Shown here: positions 16,571 through 25,613 of the stretch, in pieces
How positions within the stretch are numbered: the stretch's first letter is position 1
Layout: the number at the start of each line of letters is the position of its first letter
From: Phycisphaerae bacterium
GTDB lineage: Bacteria > Planctomycetota > Phycisphaerae > UBA1845
Direction: 5' to 3'
Assembly (NCBI GenBank): GCA_050050135.1
Contig: JASFUW010000002.1
Location: 1 to 34,852 of the forward strand
Length of the DNA stretch: 34,852 nucleotides
Notes under the pieces: generated by a model
Told to the model about the DNA's origin: nothing
Seen by the model: only the letters and a program-made list of their open reading frames with translations
The model's database searches: none
Position numbers and translations under genes: made by a program

Positions 16571-18295
16571 ATGCTGTTTATCCACTTCGGCACGGAATTC
16601 GGAATCCCGATAGCGGTCGGGAGCGGTGACGGGGCGTCGGCTTCGCCGGCAGCGCTCTCGCCGGAACGTGCGCGCCTCATTGACTCCTATTGTCGGTGGG
16701 CGTCGGAGCGCGCGGCCCCCCCGCTTGCTCTGTTGCCCAGCTCACAACGAGACGCGCTCGGGCCGATGTTGGATGAGCTCCCGCACGTTTCCCCGGCGTG
16801 GTATAGCGAGGAAGGCGTTTCGGCCCCGCCGCAGTTGCGAAGGGGTGAGCGAATCTGGATCGTGAACGGAAAGCACCTGCCAATCGTCGATTGGCACGCC
16901 GCGCGGTCGGCCGTCCGCCGTCATGACACGGAAGTGCTCATCTTCAGCTCATCCAACTCCGCACAGCGACAATATTCGGAGTCCGTGCTGGTCAGTGAAA
17001 CGGGTGAGGTCGTGAAGTTCAAGCGTCACTACTGCGACTCACCGGGGTTTACGGACTTGTGGAACGGCGAAGCTTCGTTGCTCGTGGCGTCGCGGGAGCG
17101 GGCACAGGCTGTCCTAAGCCACATGCTGACACGCGGATGGGGGTTGGAAAGCGTCGGTGCGTTGATCCGGCGGTTCAGCGTTCAGTGGTCGTCGGCGCCG
17201 TGCGTGCTGTCTGAGTTCGGGGTCGTGTCCCCGTTCTGGCCCGGCTCGCCGGGAGAAGAGCGGGCGGTGAATGCAGCCGACCGTTCAAATTCGGACGGTT
17301 CGGGTTTTCCTGGTTCGCTGAGTCTGGCTATGGAGGTACTTAGAAACGATGTCCAGCCGGGCACGCGGCGAGCGGTGGATCTTCCGGACCACGGGGGCAA
17401 CGGAGTGGGCTGGCATGGGCAGGAGACGCCTGTAGTCTCGGATCGCCATCGAACGGATGCCGACGCATCTGGAGGCGCAGCGTTTGATCCCGGCCTGAGG
17501 AGCCTGCTGCCTGACCGATACGAGGAGCCCTGGGAAGACGACGATGACGAGCCCGATCCCCTCGAGACGTACGCCGATTCGGTCGCGCCGGGATCCGACC
17601 TGGCGTATTTCTTCGCTAAGCGGACAATCGACATCTTCGTCTCGGCGTCGGGGCTGCTGCTGCTCTCGCCGCTGCTCGTGGTCGTGGCACTTCTAGTCAA
17701 GTTGACGTCGCCCGGGCCGGTGTTTTTCGGGCACCCGAGGCAGGGGAAGGGCGGCAAGGAGTTCCGTTGTCTCAAGTTCCGATCGATGCGTCAGGACGCC
17801 AGCGCCCTCCAGGACCAGCTCCGCAGCCAGAACCAAGTCGACGGACCACAGTTCAAAATCGACAACGACCCGCGCGTCACGAAAATCGGCCCGTGGCTCA
17901 GGCATTACAACATCGACGAGCTGCCGCAACTGATCAACGTGCTGCTGGGGCAGATGAGCCTGGTTGGACCGCGGCCCTCACCCGATAACGAAAACCAACT
18001 CTGCCCGGCCTGGCGACGGACGCGTCTTTCGGTCAGACCCGGGATCACGGGGCTGTGGCAGGTTCTGAGGCTCCGAAACCCGAACGCCTCGGATTTTCAG
18101 GAGTGGATCTATTACGACGTCGAGTACGTCCGTCACCGGTCACCCTGGCTCGATTTTCAAATCCTCCTCCACACGCCGGTCGCGATGTTCGCGGCGCGGC
18201 GCCTCACGGCGTTCGCCGAGCGTCTGGAGCGTCATGGTATCTGCACGCGGGCGGCCGCGCTTCGCCGACATTACGAAGGTCTGACCAACCGATAA
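16571..18295 (+). CDS. Priming sugar transferase (monotopic polyprenyl-phosphate glycosyl-phosphate transferase) with a ~340-aa atypical soluble N-terminal region
   Basis: The C-terminal part reads AKRTIDIFVSASGLLLLSPLLVVVALLVKLTSPGPVFF...RCLKFRSM...KIDNDPRVTKIGPWLRHYNIDELPQLINVLLGQMSLVGPRP...RPGITGLWQV (Bac_transf pattern; the Asp-Glu dyad is at 17915-17920). The N-terminal region has no TM segment and is followed by an acidic linker (EEPWEDDDDEPDP). Confidence 0.88.
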   Translation: MLFIHFGTEFGIPIAVGSGDGASASPAALSPERARLIDSYCRWASERAAPPLALLPSSQRDALGPMLDELPHVSPAWYSEEGVSAPPQLRRGERIWIVNGKHLPIVDWHAARSAVRRHDTEVLIFSSSNSAQRQYSESVLVSETGEVVKFKRHYCDSPGFTDLWNGEASLLVASRERAQAVLSHMLTRGWGLESVGALIRRFSVQWSSAPCVLSEFGVVSPFWPGSPGEERAVNAADRSNSDGSGFPGSLSLAMEVLRNDVQPGTRRAVDLPDHGGNGVGWHGQETPVVSDRHRTDADASGGAAFDPGLRSLLPDRYEEPWEDDDDEPDPLETYADSVAPGSDLAYFFAKRTIDIFVSASGLLLLSPLLVVVALLVKLTSPGPVFFGHPRQGKGGKEFRCLKFRSMRQDASALQDQLRSQNQVDGPQFKIDNDPRVTKIGPWLRHYNIDELPQLINVLLGQMSLVGPRPSPDNENQLCPAWRRTRLSVRPGITGLWQVLRLRNPNASDFQEWIYYDVEYVRHRSPWLDFQILLHTPVAMFAARRLTAFAERLERHGICTRAAALRRHYEGLTNR

Positions 18296-18533
18296 TGGAC
18301 TAGTGCTGTTTCCGGAAAGAAACTTCGAAATCCGGGTGGCGTTCCGGCACGCCGGGGTCGCAGCCGAGCCGTGATTGGCCCGAACCATGGCCTGCCCCTT
18401 CGGGTCTGACCATGCCACCCGAACTTGACTTCCGTTGCTGAATGCGGCACCAGGTTCGGCCCGACCGTGTTTTGCGGAAGCCGCCGGTTTGCTCCGGCTG
18501 CCGCTGGTCTGTGATCGAAAACGAGACGAGAGC

Positions 18534-21500
18534 GTGGCGGAAACTCAAACGACCCCAACACGAGGACGCGTTCGCATCGGCGGCATCGTCGTGGTCGCCG
18601 TGCTGTTGGTGTCTGCGGGGGTTGCGGCGTACGTTCGCCATACCTATCAGAAAGAAGCGAACACGGTCAAGCTGCTCCGCCAGGCGCGGGAGGCGGAGGA
18701 ACAGCGCGACCTCAAGGCGGCGTCCACGTACTACCGGCTTTATTTGAAGCGGCGTCCTTCGGATGCTTCTGCGTTGGCGGACTACGCGTCGGTGCTCAAC
18801 ACGCGGATGGTGTCCCAAGGCGCCGGGACCGAGCTGGTGGGGGACGTTTTGGGCACGCTCCGGAGACTCGTACGGCTGGAACCGGGGAACGTGGAGGCGC
18901 TGGGGCGATTGGCGACGCTGTATCTGCAAGTGGGTGATTACTCGCTGGCAGAACAGCACGCCCGCGGTTGGCTGACGCAGGCGCCGGACTCGGTTGACGC
19001 GGCGCTTTGTCTGGCCCGGGCACGTCGGGCGCTGCTTCGTTTCGATGAAGCGGCGGCGGGTCTGGTCGACGCGATCGAGACGACACCGGAGCACCCGCCG
19101 CTGTATGCGCTGCTGATCGAGTTGCTGTCGACGAATCTGGATCGGCCGCAGGAGGCAGCGGCGTGGGTCACCAAGGCGGTGCGACGCCATCCGGAGTCCT
19201 ACGAGGTCCACCTTGCCGCGTCAGCATTCTACAAGCGCCAGCGGTCGTACTCGGGGGCGGACGACGCGGCGGAGGTTCATCTGGAACGTGCGTTGGCGTT
19301 GGCGCCGCAGAATGTCGATGTGCTCGTCCCGGCTGTGTTGACCTATATAGCCCAGGGACGACTTTCGGACGCGAAGGAGCTGCTCGACGATGCCATGGAT
19401 GTGGCACCCGAATCGGCGCGGTTGACGGCGGCGCGGGCCAAGTGGGCCGTCAGAACGAATGACCCGAAGGAGATGACGGCGCTGGCTGAAGAACTGACCA
19501 CCGGGGGCGACCCGAGCGCGCCGGGCGGGCTGGATCGTCTCGCTCAGGCTGCGGAGCTGTTCCTTCGGGCGGGCGACAGCGACGCGGCGGACCGGTGCAT
19601 CGAGCGGCTCGCGAGCCCCGGTGCGGGGGGACTCCACGTTTCCGGCCCGTTGCGGACGCGACTCGACGTGCTGCGCGGAGCCCGACTGATTGCCATCGGC
19701 GAGCCGTTTGCCGCGATGCCGTTTCTTGAGCGCGCCCTCGTTCGGGCTGGTCCGTTCTCCTGGGCTGCGGAACTGCTCGCGATCGCCCATATGCGAACCG
19801 GCGCGATCGAGACAGCGGTCGACATCTACGAGCAGATTCTGTTGTCTGCCCCGGATGAAGTTGCGATCGCCGCGACCCTGGCGTGGATCGAGATCGAGCT
19901 CGGGCGATACCAAGAGGCGCGAAGACACGCGCAGCACGTGGGCGACGCCGGCGGCGCCTTCCGGCGCCAGGCCCGGTTGCTTCTCGCGGCGTGTGACCTG
20001 GGGGAGGCAAGCCGAGATGCGGACGCCGACCTGCTTGCCGCGGCGAAGGTGACCCTCGAAGCCCTGCTCGAGCAGGAACCGGAGGACGCCACCGCAATCG
20101 GGTTGCTCGCCGAATCGTTCGTGGGGCTCGGGCAGACGCAGCGGGCCGTCGAAACGGTGATGGAGTCGCCCGTGGATGACGAGCGCAAGGCGGCGCTGGT
20201 GCTGGAGGTGGGCCGCGGATTGCTCGACCGGGAGCTGGTGGAGCCTGCCGAAGCGTTGGCTTTGGAAGCGACGCGGCGGTTCCCGACGGCGGCGGCCGGG
20301 CACGAATTACTCGTGTACGTGTTGGCGACAACGGACCGGGTGTCCGAAGCTGCCGGACATATCGCTGCAACTGAATTGGCGGACCGGGCGAAGGGCCGCC
20401 TCTGGGAGATCATCAGCCGCGCTCAGTTCGCGTCCGAGCAGACGCAGACGGCGACCGAGACGCTTCGCCGGGCGGTCGCGCTTCAACCTACGAACGTTCG
20501 TGCCCGGCAAGCGCTGCTCCGACGGACGCCCGATCTGTCTGAAGCCAGACGACTCATCGACGAGATTCGTGCGATCGAAGGTAGTGAGGGTTTGGTCTGG
20601 CGCTTCGAACGGGCGTGGCTTTCGCTCGAGCGTGATCGCATGGCCGGTCGGGTGGAAGAAGCCATCGAGTTGCTGAAACGCTGCCTCACGGTCCGCCCCG
20701 GATGGATCGCCGCACGACTTCTGCTCGGATACGCGAACGAGGTGTCGGGCAATCTCGAGGAGGCTGCGGACGCCTATCGGAACGCGATCGCCCAGCATCC
20801 GAGGCTCGGCAAGAGCCAGGCGGCGATCCGTCTGGTTCGGGTCTTGCGGCAACTCGGTGACTACTTCGAGGCTGACAACCTGCTGGCATCCATCGCGGAT
20901 GCGATCGGGAACGGTGAGCGCGATCCGGTCGCCGCGGGAGCGCGGCGGACGCGCGATGTGACCTCGGAAAACCGGTCTGATTTGCTCCGCCTTCAGACCG
21001 AACGACACCTCCGGCGGCACGAACTGGAATCGGCGGCGGAGACGGCGGGGCAGCTTCTCGCGCTGCGCAAGGACGACCCCGCGTGGGCCGCACTGACGGT
21101 GGAACTCTGGCTTCGTGCGGGCAACCTGGCGGAGGCTCAGCGCATTGCGCTTGCCACGCTGGAAGCACACCCGGACGTCCCCGCCCTGCTCTGGGCGTAC
21201 GCTCGGGTGCTCATCCGCAGGGATCGAGCGGAGGAGGCGGAGTCGATGGTGCGTGCCATTGCGATGCGTCTCGAACGGGCGTCGCATTACCTTCTGCTCG
21301 CGCAACTGCTGACGCGTCTGGAGAAACACGAGGAAGCGGAGCGGGCCATCGCCCGTGCGATGGAACTGGAGCCGAACAACGCATCGGTGTTCAGCGCCTG
21401 CGCGAAGTTCTGGGGGTCGCGAGGCGACTTCGCGAAGCAGCTTGCGCTGACGCGTCGGGCTGTCGAGCTGCGCGGGGAGGACCCGGGAGCATCACTCGCC

Positions 21501-22835
21501 CTGGCGCGGTTGCTGGCCGCCAGCGACGCATCCGAGCACCGATTGGAGGCCGCGGTCATCGTCGATCACCGCCTGCGCGGAGGCGCCGAGGACCTGCCGG
21601 CTTTGCTGCTCCGGGCGAGGTTGGCGACGACCGACGTGCCCCCGAACACCGCACGCGCCGAGGCGGCGCTGATGCAAGCGCTCGCGATTGACCCTCGCTC
21701 ACCCGACGCGCACAAGCTGCTGGCGGCCGTTCAGATTCGCTCGGGGCGGCTGAACCTCGCCCGTGATACGGTTTCGGAGGGTCTGGCGTTCGCCCCGAAA
21801 GACCCGGACTTGTTGCTGGCGTCGGCGCAGATCCACTGCCATCATGGTGACTACCATCTGGCGGTCACGCCGCTCCGATGGCTCCTGGAGACCAAACCCC
21901 GGTTGCCGGTGGCGGTCCGGTTGTTAGCCACCGCTTATCAGCGAACCGGTCAAACGGACCGCGCGATCCGCACGATCGAGGGATTGGCACCGCAGGGCGT
22001 TTACACGCCAACCGAACTCATTGTCCTTGCGAAGCTGTACGAACTCGAAGGCGACCACGAGCGAACAGACTCGCTTTTCCATCGGGCGTTTGAAATGCAT
22101 CCCTCGTCCGTCGAGGTATTCCAGGAACATCTACAGTATCATGCACGGCTAGGGAATTTCGACGAGGTTTACGGGCTCACGATGTCTCGCAGGCAGAAAC
22201 AACCCGAGGACGCCGCGTCGGTTCTGTTGGCGGCGGAACTACTTGCGACGGGCGCTGAGGATCGACGTCTGCGTGAGATCGGTACGACCTGGTTCGAAGA
22301 GATCGCCACGGAGTTTCCCGGACTCGCCGGGGACGCGACCTACACCGACGCCCTGTGTCGGTACCATCGCGGCGAGCTGTCCGCCGCGGAGCGGTTGTTC
22401 GAGAATGCGATGCGGATCGCGCCGACCTCCCCGAAACCCGTAAACGCATTGGCTTGGCTCTATTCCGAAGATAGAAACGATCCCGCGAAGGCGCTCGAGC
22501 TGATCGAAGGGTTCCTGGCGGATAAACCGCTCACTGACGCCGATCTGCTCGACACGCACGGCGCCGTCCTTCTTCGCCTAGGTCGGCACAGAGAGGCGGC
22601 GCGAACATTGAGAACCTGCTTGCAGACGGCGGGTCAGACCGCCACGCTGACGGCTGCGTCCTACCATCTCGGCCTGGTGCTGCTGGAAACCAACGAGGAA
22701 GACGAAGCGCGTGTCTACCTTCGCCGGGCCTTGGAGCTGGATGACCGGCTCGGGGGATTATCCGAGGACGAAGCGCGACACGCCCGTGATCTGATGATTC
22801 GGCGACCGAGTCGGAAACTAGAGACCGGGAACTAG
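18534..22835 (+). CDS. Membrane-anchored giant TPR-repeat protein (PEP-CTERM-system PrsT-like role inferred from context)
   Basis: It has a single N-terminal TM segment (IGGIVVVAVLLVSAGVAAYV) followed by more than 1,300 aa of A/L/R-rich TPR-like helical repeats. The start is uncertain: GTG at 18534 or TTG at 18435. Confidence 0.8.
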   Translation: MAETQTTPTRGRVRIGGIVVVAVLLVSAGVAAYVRHTYQKEANTVKLLRQAREAEEQRDLKAASTYYRLYLKRRPSDASALADYASVLNTRMVSQGAGTELVGDVLGTLRRLVRLEPGNVEALGRLATLYLQVGDYSLAEQHARGWLTQAPDSVDAALCLARARRALLRFDEAAAGLVDAIETTPEHPPLYALLIELLSTNLDRPQEAAAWVTKAVRRHPESYEVHLAASAFYKRQRSYSGADDAAEVHLERALALAPQNVDVLVPAVLTYIAQGRLSDAKELLDDAMDVAPESARLTAARAKWAVRTNDPKEMTALAEELTTGGDPSAPGGLDRLAQAAELFLRAGDSDAADRCIERLASPGAGGLHVSGPLRTRLDVLRGARLIAIGEPFAAMPFLERALVRAGPFSWAAELLAIAHMRTGAIETAVDIYEQILLSAPDEVAIAATLAWIEIELGRYQEARRHAQHVGDAGGAFRRQARLLLAACDLGEASRDADADLLAAAKVTLEALLEQEPEDATAIGLLAESFVGLGQTQRAVETVMESPVDDERKAALVLEVGRGLLDRELVEPAEALALEATRRFPTAAAGHELLVYVLATTDRVSEAAGHIAATELADRAKGRLWEIISRAQFASEQTQTATETLRRAVALQPTNVRARQALLRRTPDLSEARRLIDEIRAIEGSEGLVWRFERAWLSLERDRMAGRVEEAIELLKRCLTVRPGWIAARLLLGYANEVSGNLEEAADAYRNAIAQHPRLGKSQAAIRLVRVLRQLGDYFEADNLLASIADAIGNGERDPVAAGARRTRDVTSENRSDLLRLQTERHLRRHELESAAETAGQLLALRKDDPAWAALTVELWLRAGNLAEAQRIALATLEAHPDVPALLWAYARVLIRRDRAEEAESMVRAIAMRLERASHYLLLAQLLTRLEKHEEAERAIARAMELEPNNASVFSACAKFWGSRGDFAKQLALTRRAVELRGEDPGASLALARLLAASDASEHRLEAAVIVDHRLRGGAEDLPALLLRARLATTDVPPNTARAEAALMQALAIDPRSPDAHKLLAAVQIRSGRLNLARDTVSEGLAFAPKDPDLLLASAQIHCHHGDYHLAVTPLRWLLETKPRLPVAVRLLATAYQRTGQTDRAIRTIEGLAPQGVYTPTELIVLAKLYELEGDHERTDSLFHRAFEMHPSSVEVFQEHLQYHARLGNFDEVYGLTMSRRQKQPEDAASVLLAAELLATGAEDRRLREIGTTWFEEIATEFPGLAGDATYTDALCRYHRGELSAAERLFENAMRIAPTSPKPVNALAWLYSEDRNDPAKALELIEGFLADKPLTDADLLDTHGAVLLRLGRHREAARTLRTCLQTAGQTATLTAASYHLGLVLLETNEEDEARVYLRRALELDDRLGGLSEDEARHARDLMIRRPSRKLETGN

Positions 22836-22906
22836 CGAGCGAACATGATCATCGAAGCAGGTTCGCGTTTCTGGTCATTCGTCTTTCGGCGGCGGGGACG
22901 GTGCAT

Positions 22907-24283
22907 TCAGTAGGCCCGCATGATCTGAGCACCGGGGTAGTAATATCGCAGGATGGCGCCGGCTTTCTTACCTGCGAGGGCCTGGCCTTGCATTCCCCAT
23001 TGACAAAGTCCGAGCCCGTGTCCGAATCCGCGGCCGTCCTCGAAAATGAGCTTGTCTTTCGTGTTTCGGAGCTCGAAATCGGTGCTGCGAACCCGCATCC
23101 CGCCAAGCGCCAGGCGGAACCGCTCGGCGAGCATGTCGTAGGTGTCTTTGGACGAGCCGACGATTCGCACCGTGGAAGGACGACCTGACGCTGTCCTCTC
23201 CGCGACCGTAACGCGATCGATCTGTCCCAGGGAAGCCAGGTCGGGATAAGACGCCACAAGCCGAGTGCGGACCTCGCTCTTTGTCATGCGAACGGGCCCC
23301 CAACGATAGGTTTTCCCGGGCGCGATCTTGCAATAGTCGCATCGGACGTTGCCGGCCAATGGGGGAATGTCGTTGCTCGGTCCGAATATGGACGCCGACT
23401 GCGAGCAGCCGCCACAGGCAGCGCTGTAGTAGGTGCAGAACAGTCGGTCGGTACTGCCGGCCCGGGTGGGATCGCGCCACGCCAGTACGACCCCCCGCGT
23501 GTATCGGGCGGCGTCTCTCGCACGTCGACCCGGCTCGTCCGTACGAATGCCCTTGTACACCTGGGAGTCCTGCGTAGCTTTGACGTCGTAGCCCGCGTTG
23601 TCCCGCTCGATCATGTGGAACAGAACAAAGGTGCGGGAGACAATGGCCTGGGCTCGAAAGGCCTCGGTGTGGAACGTCGGCCAGACCTCGCCGGCTACCA
23701 CGCACCCGACGTAGGCTTCGAGATCGACGAGGTTGATGACCGTCAGACCGCCGCCCTCACTGCCGGTGATTCGCATCCTCCCGGGATAACGGCGACGCTT
23801 GGACCATCCCTCGCGATCGCGCACGGACAACTCGACCGCACCGTTTGTGCTGGAACTAACGATGAGACCCGTGGCGGAGCCGCCTCGCGACCAAGGCGGG
23901 AGCGGATGTTGGCCAGCTACAACGCGGACGCGTCCCTCCGGGTCCTCGACCAACTCGATCTTCGTTGCGTCGAGCAGCGAAGCGGTGGTCTCCGGCGTGC
24001 CGGGGTCGTCGCGCGTCATAGAGAGCTGGTCGTCGGCGCCGATTCGTACGCGGGAGGCATCCGACGCCACCAGAACGCGGACGTCACGGATGGGCGTGAC
24101 CTGGTCCTCGGAGCGGATCGAGGAATCCGAAGGCCGACCATTGCCAAGCGCGGTCGTGCCCAGCGCGGCCGCGGCGAATGCCACCGCGAAACCGGGCCGT
24201 TGGCATGCGTGGGCCCCCCTGCGATGCTGCGCGCCCGGATCGGGGAGCGTAGCAGTGCGATCCGCCGCAATGGTTCTGTCCAA
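22907..24283 (-). CDS. SpoIID/LytB domain protein (peptidoglycan remodelling)
   Basis: The sequence contains FRAQAIVSRTFVLF...ATQDSQVYKG...FCTYYSAACGGCSQS...FGHGLGLCQWGMQGQA. It has a signal-like N-terminus (FAVAFAAAALGTTALG). The track start is TTG, so the start is uncertain. Confidence 0.85.
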   Translation of the reverse strand: MDRTIAADRTATLPDPGAQHRRGAHACQRPGFAVAFAAAALGTTALGNGRPSDSSIRSEDQVTPIRDVRVLVASDASRVRIGADDQLSMTRDDPGTPETTASLLDATKIELVEDPEGRVRVVAGQHPLPPWSRGGSATGLIVSSSTNGAVELSVRDREGWSKRRRYPGRMRITGSEGGGLTVINLVDLEAYVGCVVAGEVWPTFHTEAFRAQAIVSRTFVLFHMIERDNAGYDVKATQDSQVYKGIRTDEPGRRARDAARYTRGVVLAWRDPTRAGSTDRLFCTYYSAACGGCSQSASIFGPSNDIPPLAGNVRCDYCKIAPGKTYRWGPVRMTKSEVRTRLVASYPDLASLGQIDRVTVAERTASGRPSTVRIVGSSKDTYDMLAERFRLALGGMRVRSTDFELRNTKDKLIFEDGRGFGHGLGLCQWGMQGQALAGKKAGAILRYYYPGAQIMRAY

Positions 24284-24381
24284 GACGTCCCCTGTGCCTC
24301 ACCCGGCGAACCGACCGGTGACTTTGGACGACGGCGACGTCCGGGTATGTCGGCGAGTCCCCGGTGCCGGCGTGCCGGGAC

Positions 24382-25371
24382 TCAACCCGGCTGGCGCAAT
24401 GTCATGCCGTGCGCCCCGAGTTGACGCTTGATCTCCGTCAGCGAGGTCTGCCCGAAGTTTTTGATGCTGATGAGCTCGGCCTCGGTCCGCATCGAGAGTT
24501 CGCCGAGGGTAGAGATTCCGAGGCGCTGGAGCGCTTTCCGCGATCGAACGGAAAGCTCCAACTCCGATACGGGCCGGCTGAAATTGGCCCGTCCGTCGGG
24601 CGAAACGGTAACCGGTTTGGCAAGGACGGGTTGTTCGGCCGGTTGGAGGGCTTGCCCCAACTTCAGCCCCTTCTGGTCGAGCATGGCCTTGATCTCGTTG
24701 AGTGAGGTCTCGCCGAAGTTCTTGTAGGAGAGCAACTCGGCTTCGGTGGTTCGCAGCAGGTCGCCAAGCGTCTTGATGTTCATCTGCCGCAGGCAGTTCC
24801 GGGCTCGAACGCTGAGCTCGAAGTCGCTGATGGGCACGTCGAGGACGGCGTCTCTTCGCTCGCGGTCGCGCAAGCGCTGCTCGTCGAAGGCCATCGTGTA
24901 GGAGCTTTCGACCGATTGGAGAAAGGCCTTCGCACGCGTGTGGTTCGGAAAGTCGGCGAGCACGTCGAGCAGGCATGATTCGGCTCGTTCCAGGTCGCCG
25001 TGCTCCTCGTACAAGACGGCGAGGTTGATCAGTGCGTTGATGGGTGCGGGGCTTTCAGCCTTGCACATCTCGTATAGCTCGACGGCTTTGTCGTCCGCCC
25101 CGCCCTGATCGTACAACAGAGCTGCACGAAACGCGGCCTCGGTGTGGTCGGGGTCGGTATCGAGGACCTTCTCATAGCAGTCCAGCGCGCCTTCGCGGTC
25201 GTAGGACATTTCGCGCAGGAATCCGCGCAAGAACTCCACCTGCCCGCCGTTCTCGTCGGTCTCGACGGTGGCGTCCAATTCGCGCTGGGCTTCTTCCAGC
25301 TCACCCGCCCGGATGCGTTCGGCTACCGTTTCGAGCGCCGTGCTCATTTTGTCAGGTTCCCACGTCCCCAT
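24382..25371 (-). CDS. TPR protein with two tandem RNA polymerase alpha-subunit C-terminal-domain (alphaCTD, HhH) modules
   Basis: There are two repeats: ISDFELSVRARNCLRQMNIKTLGDLLRTTEAELLSYKNFGETSLNEIKAMLDQKGL (about 24655-24840) and VSELELSVRSRKALQRLGISTLGELSMRTEAELISIKNFGQTSLTEIKRQLGAHGM (about 24394-24576). Both match the RpoA alphaCTD signature (LSVRxxNxL...I.T.G.L...L....NxG.KSL.EI). The N-terminal region is TPR-like. The start is ambiguous: ATG at 25371, ATG at 25347 or TTG at 25425. Confidence 0.85.
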   Translation of the reverse strand: MGTWEPDKMSTALETVAERIRAGELEEAQRELDATVETDENGGQVEFLRGFLREMSYDREGALDCYEKVLDTDPDHTEAAFRAALLYDQGGADDKAVELYEMCKAESPAPINALINLAVLYEEHGDLERAESCLLDVLADFPNHTRAKAFLQSVESSYTMAFDEQRLRDRERRDAVLDVPISDFELSVRARNCLRQMNIKTLGDLLRTTEAELLSYKNFGETSLNEIKAMLDQKGLKLGQALQPAEQPVLAKPVTVSPDGRANFSRPVSELELSVRSRKALQRLGISTLGELSMRTEAELISIKNFGQTSLTEIKRQLGAHGMTLRQPG

Positions 25372-25495
25372 CGTACAAGAGACCAGAAACAAGAAACCGG
25401 AGACTAGACGACGTTCCGATCCCAATGTCTAGGCTCTAGATTCCGGTCGCCGCGTACGTGGGGAAGGTAGCGGCGACACCAACAAGCCGAACCGA

Positions 25496-25511
25496 TCCCG
25501 GCGCGCCGGGA
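25496..25511. repeat. Perfect palindrome TCCCGGCGCGCCGGGA (copy 3)
   Basis: Read directly from the sequence. It lies in the spacer between the DUF971 gene stop (25614) and the alphaCTD gene start. Confidence 0.9.
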
Positions 25512-25613
25512 GTGCTGGCCGATATCCGTTCGGTCTGCCCAGGGATTACGAATCCCGGAGTGTATCCGCCACCCGCTCCCCCCGCAATCCCGGCGCGTGG
25601 GTGCCCCAAGCGG

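Noticed and set aside
18300-21329. Several 300-360-aa minus-strand ORFs (18300..19211, 19221..20303, 19450..20370, 20307..21329) lie inside the TPR gene.
   Set aside because: They are low-complexity Arg/Pro-rich sequences, they overlap one another, and they are antisense to a coherent TPR repeat protein.
22836-22906. I looked for a bidirectional terminator between the convergent TPR and spoIID genes.
   Set aside because: I found only a 6-bp stem (gcgaac/gttcgc) with a 16-nt loop and a short T-run, which is too weak to call.
24356-24382. The hairpin agtccccgg-tgccggcgtg-ccgggact overlaps the stop codon of the alphaCTD gene and resembles a split version of the 16-bp palindrome.
   Set aside because: Only the outer 6 bp pair and the centre differs. 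I mention it under the palindrome finding but do not count it as a copy.
25372-25425. The TTG-extended N-terminus of the alphaCTD protein contains a lipobox-like sequence (LFLVSC).
   Set aside because: A lipoprotein signal on a DNA/RNAP-interacting HhH protein is implausible, and the extension depends on a TTG start. The downstream ATGs at 25371 and 25347 are more likely, so the lipobox is probably fortuitous.
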